From Spirochaetales bacterium (lineage in GTDB: Bacteria > Spirochaetota > Leptospiria > Leptospirales > Leptonemataceae): a stretch of 64,000 nucleotides of DNA. A program made the position numbers and the translations under genes. Of the stretch, positions 29,691-37,422 are shown piece after piece. The number at the start of each line of letters is the position of its first letter. The first letter of the stretch is position 1. The notes under the pieces are model-generated. The model did no database searches. It was not told the DNA's origin and saw nothing but the letters and a program-made list of their open reading frames with translations. The stretch covers positions 27,096 through 91,095 of the forward strand of contig JACKOY010000017.1 of NCBI GenBank assembly GCA_024233935.1. The letters run 5' to 3'.

Positions 29691-32600
29691 TTAAGCCGCC
29701 TCCGCATTCTTCCGAATCCCCGCAACCACGGCCAGTATTCCTTCGACCTGCGGCTTCATGAAGAGGCCGGTCACGCCTTCGGAGTGCAGATCAGTGAATG
29801 GTGCCTCAAACAGCGCCTCCGGCTCGATCGCTCCATTCTGGGTCAGGTAGTTGATAATGCGGTCCAGGAAGGCGATCTGGTCGGCGGTCAGGTTCCCTGC
29901 CGCGAGGAAGTCGGCGAAGGCGGCCTTGGCTGCCATCCTATCGAGGCCCACGATACTGCGGATAAACAGGCCGAGCGGCTGGTCGCCGATCTCGCGCTCG
30001 TAGTCCTCCCGCGTCCCAAGAGCGCCGTCCTGCGAGAATAGAATCGCTTCAAGGTGCTGAAGGTCCGTGCTCGTCAACGGCTGGTTTTGCTTCAGCTTCC
30101 AGATTGTTGTATCGTCGTGTTCCAGTCCGCGAATGAGCTTCTCCACCCGACGTCGGTAGTTTTCCAGCCCCGGTTCGCGTTTGACCAGATCATCGCGCAT
30201 GATGACCGCGCCCGCCTCGTCGGTGAAGTCGGTGTACACGAGGCGCTGTGCGGCGGCTTTATCCAGCAGTTGAACAACCTCGCGCAGCTCGGATCGAATC
30301 GCTTCAATCTTCGGAACGGTGGCCGCTTTCCAGAAGGCGTCGTCTTGAAGCGGCCGGATCGTTGGCATGCGCTTCTCGATCGCCGGGATGTTCTTTTTCA
30401 GCTCCAGATTCATCGCGAGATCGCGAACCTTTGATTCCAGGGCGTCACGTCGCGAGCCCTCCGTGAGCATTTCGATTTGCAGATTGTGGATTAAAAGATC
30501 GAAGCGGGCGGCCTCCTCACTCTGATACGGATGAGAGATCAGCGGACTTACGTGCTCGGTTAGTTCCGCGACGTCAGATTCAGCGACCTTGTCCCACGCC
30601 TTGCGATCCATATATGGTCGAACAAATTTTTGATGAGGTCGCACCACGAAGCTTTCAGGATCCAGAGCGGCGACCTCATGATGCATTTGATCGAGCAATT
30701 GGCCGGCGTACCTGCGGTGTTCCAGATCATCACGCATGGCGCTTCGACGAATTTCCAGCGCCAGTATGAGCCGGCGATTGAAGATCTTCTGAGAGAGCGA
30801 AGGCTGCGCCACGGTCTCCATGCCTTTGGGATGCGCGTCGAAGAAGTCCAGGTTCCCGCAGAAGTCGAAGATCAGGAAGTGCTCTTTGTGCTGGCCCGGG
30901 CCAAATAGGTCTTCGCAGAGGCGCGTTCCGCGTCCGACCATCTGCCAGAACTTCACACGGGAGCGCACCATCTTGAAGAATACCAGGTTCACCACCTCGG
31001 GAATGTCCACGCCGGTATCGAGCATGTCCACCGATGCCGCAATGTGGGGGTCCGAGTTCTTCTTCTCGAAGTCTTCCATGAGGGAATCGACGTACTTGAC
31101 CTGGTTGTGGACCACGCGCATGAATTTTCCGGCGAGGTGAGGGTACAGCAGGTCGAAGCGGTCGCGGACAAATTCTGCGTGCCGCTGGTTCCTGGCGAAG
31201 ATGATGGTCTTGCCCAACCGTTCCCCGCCCGCGACTTTGATGCCGTGGTCCATGACATGGGCGAGCACGCGGTCCACTGTGTCCGCGTTGAAGAGCCAGC
31301 TATTCAGTGCGGATGAGTCGATTTCTTCCGGCAGGGTCCCGGTGTCCTCGTCGAAGAACTTCTCTTCGTATTCTTCCTGCTCCTCTTCGGTCAGGTCCGC
31401 GTACTTGATGCCCTCCCGCTGGAACTTGAGCGGGACGACGGCAGCCAGCGGCGGACAGAGGTACCTGTCGTTCACGCCTTCATCAAGGCCGTAGGCGAAC
31501 GTGGGCTGGCCCTCTTCGAGTTCCAGGAACTGATAGGTGTTGCGGGAGACCTCGTCGCGTGGTGTGGCGGTCAGGCCGATGATGAGACTGTCGAAGTAGT
31601 CGAAGATGGCGCCGTACTTTTTGTAGACGGAGCGGTGGACTTCATCGAGCCAGATGAGGTCGAAGTAGCCGGGGCCGAAGCGGGCCTGCCCTCCGGTTTT
31701 GCGCTCATCAATCGCATTCATGAGCGTCGGATAGGTGGAGATGACGACGCGGCTGTTGTCGTCCTCCTTCTCATCGAGCAGGTTCACGAGCGATGCATTT
31801 GGCAGGTGCTCCTTGAACGCCTTGTATGCTTGCGTCACGAGCTTGCGACGATCGGCCAGGAAGAGGACGCGGCGGACCCAGTTCGCCTTCATGAGCAGTT
31901 CGGTGATGGCCACAGCGGTGCGGGTCTTTCCGGTACCCATGCTCATGGCGAGCAGGCAGCGGCGACGGCGTTTGGTCAGGTCTTCGGTGACGCGGCGCAC
32001 GGCTTCAATCTGATAGGGACGGTTTACGATACCCTGATTGATGTCGGCCGTGGTGAGGTCCGCGCGCGTTTGCCTGCGATTCACCGCAAGCTGGAGTTCA
32101 TCCCGGGTGAGGAAGCCCTGCACCTGCCGGGGAGGATAGGAAGCCTTCTCGTCCCAGAACCAGGTCTCGTAGCCGTTGGAGTAGAAGATGAGCGGATAGC
32201 GGTCGGTCATCTGTTCCAGGCAGCGGGCATAAAGTTCGGCCTGTCGCTCGCCTTCGCGGGGGCTCTTCTTGGTGCGCTTAACTTCGATGACCGCCAGTGG
32301 AAGGCCATCGTCGCCCCAGAGCACGTAATCGGCGTAGCCCGTCCCGTCGTTCCTTCCCGAAGAGGTCGGCATGCCACGCACTTCGTATTCGCGGACGTTG
32401 GGGCCGTGGGGGTCCCAGCCCGCTTCGCGCAGCATGAGGTCAATGAAGAGGTCGCGGGTTTCGCTCTCGTTGTGGTCGAGCTTCTCGGTCTGCGCAGAGG
32501 CCACTTTCCGGTTCTTCGCCTTCAGAGACTGAAGCTCGGCACGGTAGCGTTCGACTTCCGCGCTGACTTTCGCGAGCGCCTCCTCATGCTCACGCGCCTT

Positions 32601-33095
32601 CGCATCGCGCGCTTCCAGATCCTTCTTGAGCTTCTGGAGTTCGGCGGCGCTCTTCTCGGCGGTCCCGGTTTTGGGTATGAGGTCCGGGTTGAAGGCCGGG
32701 ATGAAGGGCGCGTAGCTGGAGTAGAGTTTGGCAAACCAGGCCAGGAAGAGGTGCAGGTGCTTGAGAAGCAGAATCGCATTCTGAGCTTGCACGCGAAAGC
32801 CCGGATGGACGGCTTGATTGCCCAGCTTGCGGATGGCATTGACCGGCTGGAAGAGCTCAGGTGGCAGCAGGCGTTCCTTGAAGGACGGTTCGTGCATCAT
32901 GGCCGCGAGCGTGCGTTCGTACGGCGGTGTGAGCGAGTTGTCGTTCTCGAAGAGCCAGGTGAGGACGGCTTCGAGAGTGTAGCGGGCGTAGAAGACCGAC
33001 GTGCGCGGGTCGGCGTAGGCACTGACCTCGGCCTTGTTGGCAGAGTCGAAGAGGCCGCCCCAGTTCTGCTGGAGGTAGTCGAAGTTGGAGTTCAT
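29691..33095 (-). CDS. hsdR: Type I restriction enzyme R subunit (EcoKI-like), with EcoEI_R_C-type C-terminal domain
   Basis: MNSNFDYLQ... EcoKI-like N-terminus. Nuclease motif: region ...DYVLWGDDGLPLAVIEVKR. DEAD-box helicase motifs GTGKTRTA and DEVH. 1134 aa. Confidence 0.9.
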   Translation of the reverse strand: MNSNFDYLQQNWGGLFDSANKAEVSAYADPRTSVFYARYTLEAVLTWLFENDNSLTPPYERTLAAMMHEPSFKERLLPPELFQPVNAIRKLGNQAVHPGFRVQAQNAILLLKHLHLFLAWFAKLYSSYAPFIPAFNPDLIPKTGTAEKSAAELQKLKKDLEARDAKAREHEEALAKVSAEVERYRAELQSLKAKNRKVASAQTEKLDHNESETRDLFIDLMLREAGWDPHGPNVREYEVRGMPTSSGRNDGTGYADYVLWGDDGLPLAVIEVKRTKKSPREGERQAELYARCLEQMTDRYPLIFYSNGYETWFWDEKASYPPRQVQGFLTRDELQLAVNRRQTRADLTTADINQGIVNRPYQIEAVRRVTEDLTKRRRRCLLAMSMGTGKTRTAVAITELLMKANWVRRVLFLADRRKLVTQAYKAFKEHLPNASLVNLLDEKEDDNSRVVISTYPTLMNAIDERKTGGQARFGPGYFDLIWLDEVHRSVYKKYGAIFDYFDSLIIGLTATPRDEVSRNTYQFLELEEGQPTFAYGLDEGVNDRYLCPPLAAVVPLKFQREGIKYADLTEEEQEEYEEKFFDEDTGTLPEEIDSSALNSWLFNADTVDRVLAHVMDHGIKVAGGERLGKTIIFARNQRHAEFVRDRFDLLYPHLAGKFMRVVHNQVKYVDSLMEDFEKKNSDPHIAASVDMLDTGVDIPEVVNLVFFKMVRSRVKFWQMVGRGTRLCEDLFGPGQHKEHFLIFDFCGNLDFFDAHPKGMETVAQPSLSQKIFNRRLILALEIRRSAMRDDLEHRRYAGQLLDQMHHEVAALDPESFVVRPHQKFVRPYMDRKAWDKVAESDVAELTEHVSPLISHPYQSEEAARFDLLIHNLQIEMLTEGSRRDALESKVRDLAMNLELKKNIPAIEKRMPTIRPLQDDAFWKAATVPKIEAIRSELREVVQLLDKAAAQRLVYTDFTDEAGAVIMRDDLVKREPGLENYRRRVEKLIRGLEHDDTTIWKLKQNQPLTSTDLQHLEAILFSQDGALGTREDYEREIGDQPLGLFIRSIVGLDRMAAKAAFADFLAAGNLTADQIAFLDRIINYLTQNGAIEPEALFEAPFTDLHSEGVTGLFMKPQVEGILAVVAGIRKNAEAA

Positions 33096-33110
33096 CTACG
33101 TTCCGGGGCG

Positions 33111-33485
33111 CTACATAACCCTTTCGCTCTTGTGCAACACTGCTGCCAGTTTCTTGTCCAGCGTCCAAACGCGCAACTGCCGACGGCGTGCCTCCGCGAG
33201 CAATACAGCGTCGACCAGACCAATACCCTTTGCGCCGAACTTTTTCTCAAAGGCAAGACGCCCGCCTTCCACAATACCCTGGTTGCTCTGGGGGTCCTGG
33301 AGAGTCTCCCAGTAGGCGGTGACAAAGTCGGCCTCGGCCGTGCTCCTGCAGCCCTGCAGCAATTCACCAAAGACGAGCGCATGGACCCGGATCTGGCCGG
33401 CTTCGATCAATTCCCGGAGCTGTGTAAACACCGGCTCTTTGCGGCGAAAGAACTCCACCCAAACGGACGTATCAACCAGAATCAC
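33111..33485 (-). CDS. vapC: PIN-domain toxin VapC
   Basis: MILVDTSVWVEFF... 124 aa. 4-nt overlap with the upstream antitoxin. Ends 15 nt before the hsdR start. Confidence 0.8.
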   Translation of the reverse strand: MILVDTSVWVEFFRRKEPVFTQLRELIEAGQIRVHALVFGELLQGCRSTAEADFVTAYWETLQDPQSNQGIVEGGRLAFEKKFGAKGIGLVDAVLLAEARRRQLRVWTLDKKLAAVLHKSERVM

Positions 33486-33700
33486 GTGACTTTCCGGTTC
33501 AAAGCCCTCACCTGCGCCGCCGTAAAGTCAGTCCGAAACTGAAGGGGCCGCCGATTCAGCTTCTCGTTCAGGCGGCGCAGCTTCGCCAGCCGCACCCATT
33601 CACCGAGCGCCAAATTCAGGGATTCCGTAATCGTTTCCCCGCCCGTATATTCCTGAACCTCACGGACCAGTTCATCCGGAAGTAGTGCGGTCACCTTCAT
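33482..33700 (-). CDS. vapB: VapB-type antitoxin (72 aa)
   Basis: MKVTALLPDELVREVQEYTGGETITESLNLALGEWVR... is typical of the small RHH/DUF2191-like VapB antitoxins. ATG at 33700 chosen (the ORF-track start at 33736 adds 12 aa). Confidence 0.6.
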   Translation of the reverse strand: MKVTALLPDELVREVQEYTGGETITESLNLALGEWVRLAKLRRLNEKLNRRPLQFRTDFTAAQVRALNRKVT

Positions 33701-33831
33701 ACTCTGGAGTATACGATAGAGCAGCGTATGCTGCAACGTCTTTTTGAGTGCGCGTGACCGTCACGGCCTCCAGCGGTAGCGCTGGTGCACGCTGATGCGA
33801 AGGTCACGCGGCCTCAAAGAAGACCGGTGCT

Positions 33832-34356
33832 TTAGTGGTTCCGATCGCGGTATTCCAGCAACCCGCGGTCGACGAGAAAAGGCTCAACTCGCAGGCTGAG
33901 CAGCTGATGAAGACCGCATGCTGAAGCGATAGACATCTTCCCTGCTCGGTCTTTGATCTCCTGAGAAATGACCGTTGGGATATCGCCTGTTTTTTTTATC
34001 TTGATAGCCATAGCAAGAATGTACGGGTCCGCTTCCTCGGGTTGGTCTGGTTTGTTGGGGTCGAGAATGTGCCGCGTCTGCGGGTGCTCCAGCACTCTCC
34101 GTACTTCCTCAAAAACCGGCTCAAATCGGGTAGCTTGCTTCTTGTATAGCCTTGCCCAGTGATAGGGAAGGAACCCAGGGTCCGTACCGCCCCGCTTCTC
34201 CAGCTCCGCCACAACCTGTGAAGGATACACCAAGGCATCACTCTGCAGCAGTTCAGTCAACCCCTGAAAGATAGCCTTCTCTCCGGCCTTGCCCACGATG
34301 GCACGTATTTCGCCAAGCGCGGATGTATCGAACACCCAGATCGCCTGACCTGCCAT
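33832..34356 (-). CDS. DUF4411-family PIN-like nuclease (predicted toxin/effector)
   Basis: 174 aa. WVFDTSAL... N-terminal acidic motif of the PIN-like DUF4411. ATG overlaps the stop of the upstream ImmA gene by 1 nt (ATGA). This pairing is recurrent inside type I restriction-modification loci. Confidence 0.65.
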   Translation of the reverse strand: MAGQAIWVFDTSALGEIRAIVGKAGEKAIFQGLTELLQSDALVYPSQVVAELEKRGGTDPGFLPYHWARLYKKQATRFEPVFEEVRRVLEHPQTRHILDPNKPDQPEEADPYILAMAIKIKKTGDIPTVISQEIKDRAGKMSIASACGLHQLLSLRVEPFLVDRGLLEYRDRNH

Positions 34357-35516
34357 CAGGCGAATTTCCCGCCCGCAGCTTCGACCGCGCGCAGGTCAGT
34401 ATGGGAGATTTTAAGATACCCCATCGCATCATCGCGGGTGATGAGTTCTTCCTTCAATGCTGCTACAAAGCCCGCAGCAACGGCCTGTCCGTATTCATCA
34501 CGGCGGATCTCGAGTCGATTCCTTCCACCGCCGCCCCCGCCACGCTTCTTCTCTTCGATATTGCGGGGGATGCTCTCGTACAGGTCCCAACGCGCCACAC
34601 CCCTGTCGATAAGACGCAGGATCGTTGCTGTTACGCTTACGTTGAGCTTGCGCGCGAGCGTGCGCGCTTGACCGTAATCCTGAATTCGTACTGTGTTTCC
34701 GCCCAGCTCCGATCGGATCGTCGCTTGCACAAGCGACCAGGGCAACAAAACGGCCGCGGCGAACCGATCACACCAACGTTCGTGCTCGTCTTCAGCTTTG
34801 GTTCGGATCTGAGCGCGACCGATATCGTGGCATGCTGAATCCGACCGTGTAAGCAAATGTCCCAATTCATGGAGCATGCTGAAGACACGGACAGTCTCCG
34901 GCCAGGCACTGCTAAACACAACCGCCGGGGCATACTCATCCCAGAGTGAAAAGCCCCTCACACCATCCGCTCCAAGCGGTAGCTGAAACGCAAGAACGCC
35001 GAGACCCTCCAGGGCTGCGCGCCAGGCCTTCACCGCAATACTATCCGACTGGAACGCCACCTGGGTTGCGTGGTCGATGCCCAACTTCTTGCGCATGCTC
35101 TCCGCAGCCGATTCGGGATCCGATGCTGAGCTAAAAACAGGAATCTCTGGTTTCTGAACCCCCAGTTCCCTGCGTGTCCAGGAGAGCGTCCCCTGAAGCC
35201 GGCGCACCTCTCGTATTTTGCTCAACTCGTTCTCGCGGAGGAACTCCCTGGTCCTCGTGATAGGGTGCCGGAACTCAATCTTGCGAGCCTCGGCACGCGG
35301 AGGTTCGGCCAGCAACAGGATAGCGGGAGGCCGGTGGAGCTGTGCGGCAAGGTCCTTGAACTTCGTGAGCCCGGGTTGCTCCGTCTCATCAATCCAGGCC
35401 TGAAGCGTTGCGGGCTCAATCTTCAGTCGAGCACACAGCTCCTCCGTGGAATAGCCTGACTTGTCTATTGCCCATTTCAATACCGCTCCGGTAACGGGGA
35501 CCGTGGTTCCTCTCAT
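34356..35516 (-). CDS. XRE-family HTH + ImmA/IrrE-type zinc metallopeptidase (DUF955)
   Basis: N-terminal HTH (GAVLKWAIDKSGYSTEELCARLKIEPATLQAW). HExxH at FSMLHELGHLL. Start placed at ATG 35516 (MRGTT...); the ORF-track start is at 35540. Confidence 0.75.
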   Translation of the reverse strand: MRGTTVPVTGAVLKWAIDKSGYSTEELCARLKIEPATLQAWIDETEQPGLTKFKDLAAQLHRPPAILLLAEPPRAEARKIEFRHPITRTREFLRENELSKIREVRRLQGTLSWTRRELGVQKPEIPVFSSASDPESAAESMRKKLGIDHATQVAFQSDSIAVKAWRAALEGLGVLAFQLPLGADGVRGFSLWDEYAPAVVFSSAWPETVRVFSMLHELGHLLTRSDSACHDIGRAQIRTKAEDEHERWCDRFAAAVLLPWSLVQATIRSELGGNTVRIQDYGQARTLARKLNVSVTATILRLIDRGVARWDLYESIPRNIEEKKRGGGGGGRNRLEIRRDEYGQAVAAGFVAALKEELITRDDAMGYLKISHTDLRAVEAAGGKFA

Positions 35517-35627
35517 AGCGCCGCCACTGCCGATTTGCATTCTTGAATTCTGTCAGCATTCATACCATCATGGACGTCTGACACGATTAACTTCATCAGG
35601 GCTGCCTGCCAACGACAGCTTTGCACA

Positions 35628-36809
35628 TTATGGACCATTGTTTTCATTGAAGTCAAGTTCTCCCTTGAAGGCGCGTTGCAGAAGAGAGTTGAAGAGGTCA
35701 TCGGAAGCCATGATTGCCTTGGCATTGCGAGACCGCACCGCCGCGAGCTTCTCGGTAGCCCGATCCCATGCGGCCTGCAATTCGGCGGGGGGAAGAATCA
35801 GCGCGACATCCTTCAGTCGACCATGGGAAATGAGAGGCTGTCCCGCCTGGCTCTTGTACTGGTTTAGGTCCAGCAGTGTTAAGAGGCGATTCAGGAAGCC
35901 GAGGCTGAACTGATCCCGATTCTCGGCGACATAGAGCGCATTGTCTGAGACCCAGCACGGGCCCGTGGCGTGATAACTATTCCCACAGTAGACGCCGACT
36001 CGCCCGAGGATCACTGTGGGCTCGCTCACAAGTGGCGTCGTCGTGTAGCCAATGATTCCGTTTCCGCCGTACACCGGCACGGGACCTTGCTCACTGAGCG
36101 TTCGATTTCGGATGCTTTCGCCAGACTTAAGTCTCAAAGACTCTGCGAACGGCCGCACTTCCCACCCCTTCGGATTCGTCACCGGGTCCCCGAACATATC
36201 CAGAAACACCGACTGGAGCAATTCATCCAGCCTGGCGATGACCTGCTTCCGCTTGCGGCGGATGGAGTCGGCCTTGTCGAGAACCGCGGCGATTCGCTTC
36301 TGGATGTCGAGGGGCGGGAGGGGGATTGGCAGCCCTTTGAGTTTGGTGCTGTTCACACCCGGCTGCGTCGAACCACTTGCCGCGCCGACCACAGCTCCCC
36401 AGTACTGCGGCGTCTGGAAGAAGTAGCTCAAGAAGCCAGGGTCCAAGCGCTGCAGGTCCGGGCGAACCCGTATAAGGTACGAGGCAAAGACGGCATCCTT
36501 GGGGCACTCCCTGATGAGAAACGATTTCCCCGTTGTGGCCCCGGTACGAGCGAAAACGATGTCGCCGGGTGCTAGCCTGTACTTCGCCACGTCTTCCCGC
36601 GAACATCGGCAGTACGGAACGCCACTCCAATCAACATGGCCATTCTGGATGTCCGTTATGCGGAGAAAGCGAGGCCCGACCTCCGCTGCCGAAGCAGACT
36701 CCGTATGTCCGTAGTCAATCTTCTCGGAAAGCTCGCTCAGGCTATGAGTAGGCCAGCTCAAGGTGTGCCCCCTTGGTCGGAATCCAAGCTCTCCATGAAA
36801 CACCGCCAT
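35628..36809 (-). CDS. hsdS: Type I restriction-modification specificity subunit, two target-recognition domains
   Basis: N-terminal ...LSWPTHSLSELSEKIDYG (HsdS opening). Central conserved spacer LPPLDIQKRIAAVLDKADSIRRKRKQ. C-terminal repeat ...LPPAELQAAWDRATEKLAAVRSRNAKA. The start is uncertain because the first 52 nt overlap the upstream gene. Confidence 0.85.
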   Translation of the reverse strand: MAVFHGELGFRPRGHTLSWPTHSLSELSEKIDYGHTESASAAEVGPRFLRITDIQNGHVDWSGVPYCRCSREDVAKYRLAPGDIVFARTGATTGKSFLIRECPKDAVFASYLIRVRPDLQRLDPGFLSYFFQTPQYWGAVVGAASGSTQPGVNSTKLKGLPIPLPPLDIQKRIAAVLDKADSIRRKRKQVIARLDELLQSVFLDMFGDPVTNPKGWEVRPFAESLRLKSGESIRNRTLSEQGPVPVYGGNGIIGYTTTPLVSEPTVILGRVGVYCGNSYHATGPCWVSDNALYVAENRDQFSLGFLNRLLTLLDLNQYKSQAGQPLISHGRLKDVALILPPAELQAAWDRATEKLAAVRSRNAKAIMASDDLFNSLLQRAFKGELDFNENNGP

Positions 36810-37396
36810 TTGCGAATGACAGGCGCAAGTCGCGACAGGATGCGGATAAGTACGAAGGTGCGATAGTTCTGATAGCTATCTCCCGCAAGCTCAAGATCGC
36901 GTGTCAGTCGTGCCTCCTTGTCTTCGTCAGTGTGCAGTGTCTCGCCGAATAGCTGGGTTTCCAGAGTTTGCCGAATCGCCTGCCCGTGAAACAAGCCAAG
37001 TTTGTAGTCCCCCGGCTCCGACTCTGGATGAATTAGAGCCGATTCTTGCAATTCCAGGATAGCTTTCCAGCGGCTCCGCAGGGCCGCGCTATGGTCCTTG
37101 ATTTCCTGCGGGAATCGACCATCCTGAATCCAATCGTCAGCTGCCGCAATCGACGTCGGCTCTTTGCGCTGATACAGGAAGCGCAGCCGCCGGAGGGTGT
37201 TGTGCAGCGATTCGGTTAGGCTAACGAGGCTTTCGTCAGCGTCGAGTGCCAACTGATATTCACCGCTAAATGTCATCCCGAACTTCTTCTTCCGCGGTGG
37301 CGTATAGTTCGCGATGATTCGGTCCTCTTCAAACTCACGGACGCGACGCAGAAACGCATCAAGGCGAAATGCTGTTTCATTGGGGCTGCGACTCAC
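36758..37396 (-). CDS. Hypothetical 212-aa protein, translationally coupled (ATGA) to the upstream GmrSD-like gene; no recognisable domain
   Basis: The ORF has coding-like composition. Its ATG overlaps the stop of the DUF262/DUF1524 gene. It is predicted soluble and charged. Its function is unknown. Confidence 0.5.
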   Translation of the reverse strand: MSRSPNETAFRLDAFLRRVREFEEDRIIANYTPPRKKKFGMTFSGEYQLALDADESLVSLTESLHNTLRRLRFLYQRKEPTSIAAADDWIQDGRFPQEIKDHSAALRSRWKAILELQESALIHPESEPGDYKLGLFHGQAIRQTLETQLFGETLHTDEDKEARLTRDLELAGDSYQNYRTFVLIRILSRLAPVIRKWRCFMESLDSDQGGTP

Positions 37397-37422
37397 TTCA
37401 ACATCCCCGCCAGTTCGTTCAG
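37391..37422. repeat. Copy A of a 32-nt direct repeat (3' end of the GmrSD-like gene); pairs with 39597..39628
   Basis: ACTCACTTCAACATCCCCGCCAGTTCGTTCAG differs from ACTCACTTCAGCATCCCCGCCAGCTCGTTCAG by 2 substitutions, both synonymous. On the minus strand both copies encode ...LNELAGMLK*. Confidence 0.8.

Noticed and set aside
31635-33542. 635-aa plus-strand ORF antisense to hsdR. Similar long antisense ORFs: 42953-44038 (+), 20739-21983 (-), 14002-14847 (-), 15178-16029 (-), 49220-50017 (+), 1971-3299 (+).
   Set aside because: They have Arg/Ala/Gly-rich low-complexity translations, no motifs and no RBS. Each lies fully within a well-supported gene on the other strand. This is the expected artefact of ~60% GC DNA.
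35541-35627. Direct repeat GCATTC-N13-GCATTCA and a weak GTCAG...CTGAC palindrome in the hsdS-ImmA gap, considered as an XRE operator
   Set aside because: The arms are too short or imperfect to call a feature. It is mentioned only as context within the ImmA/DUF4411 finding.
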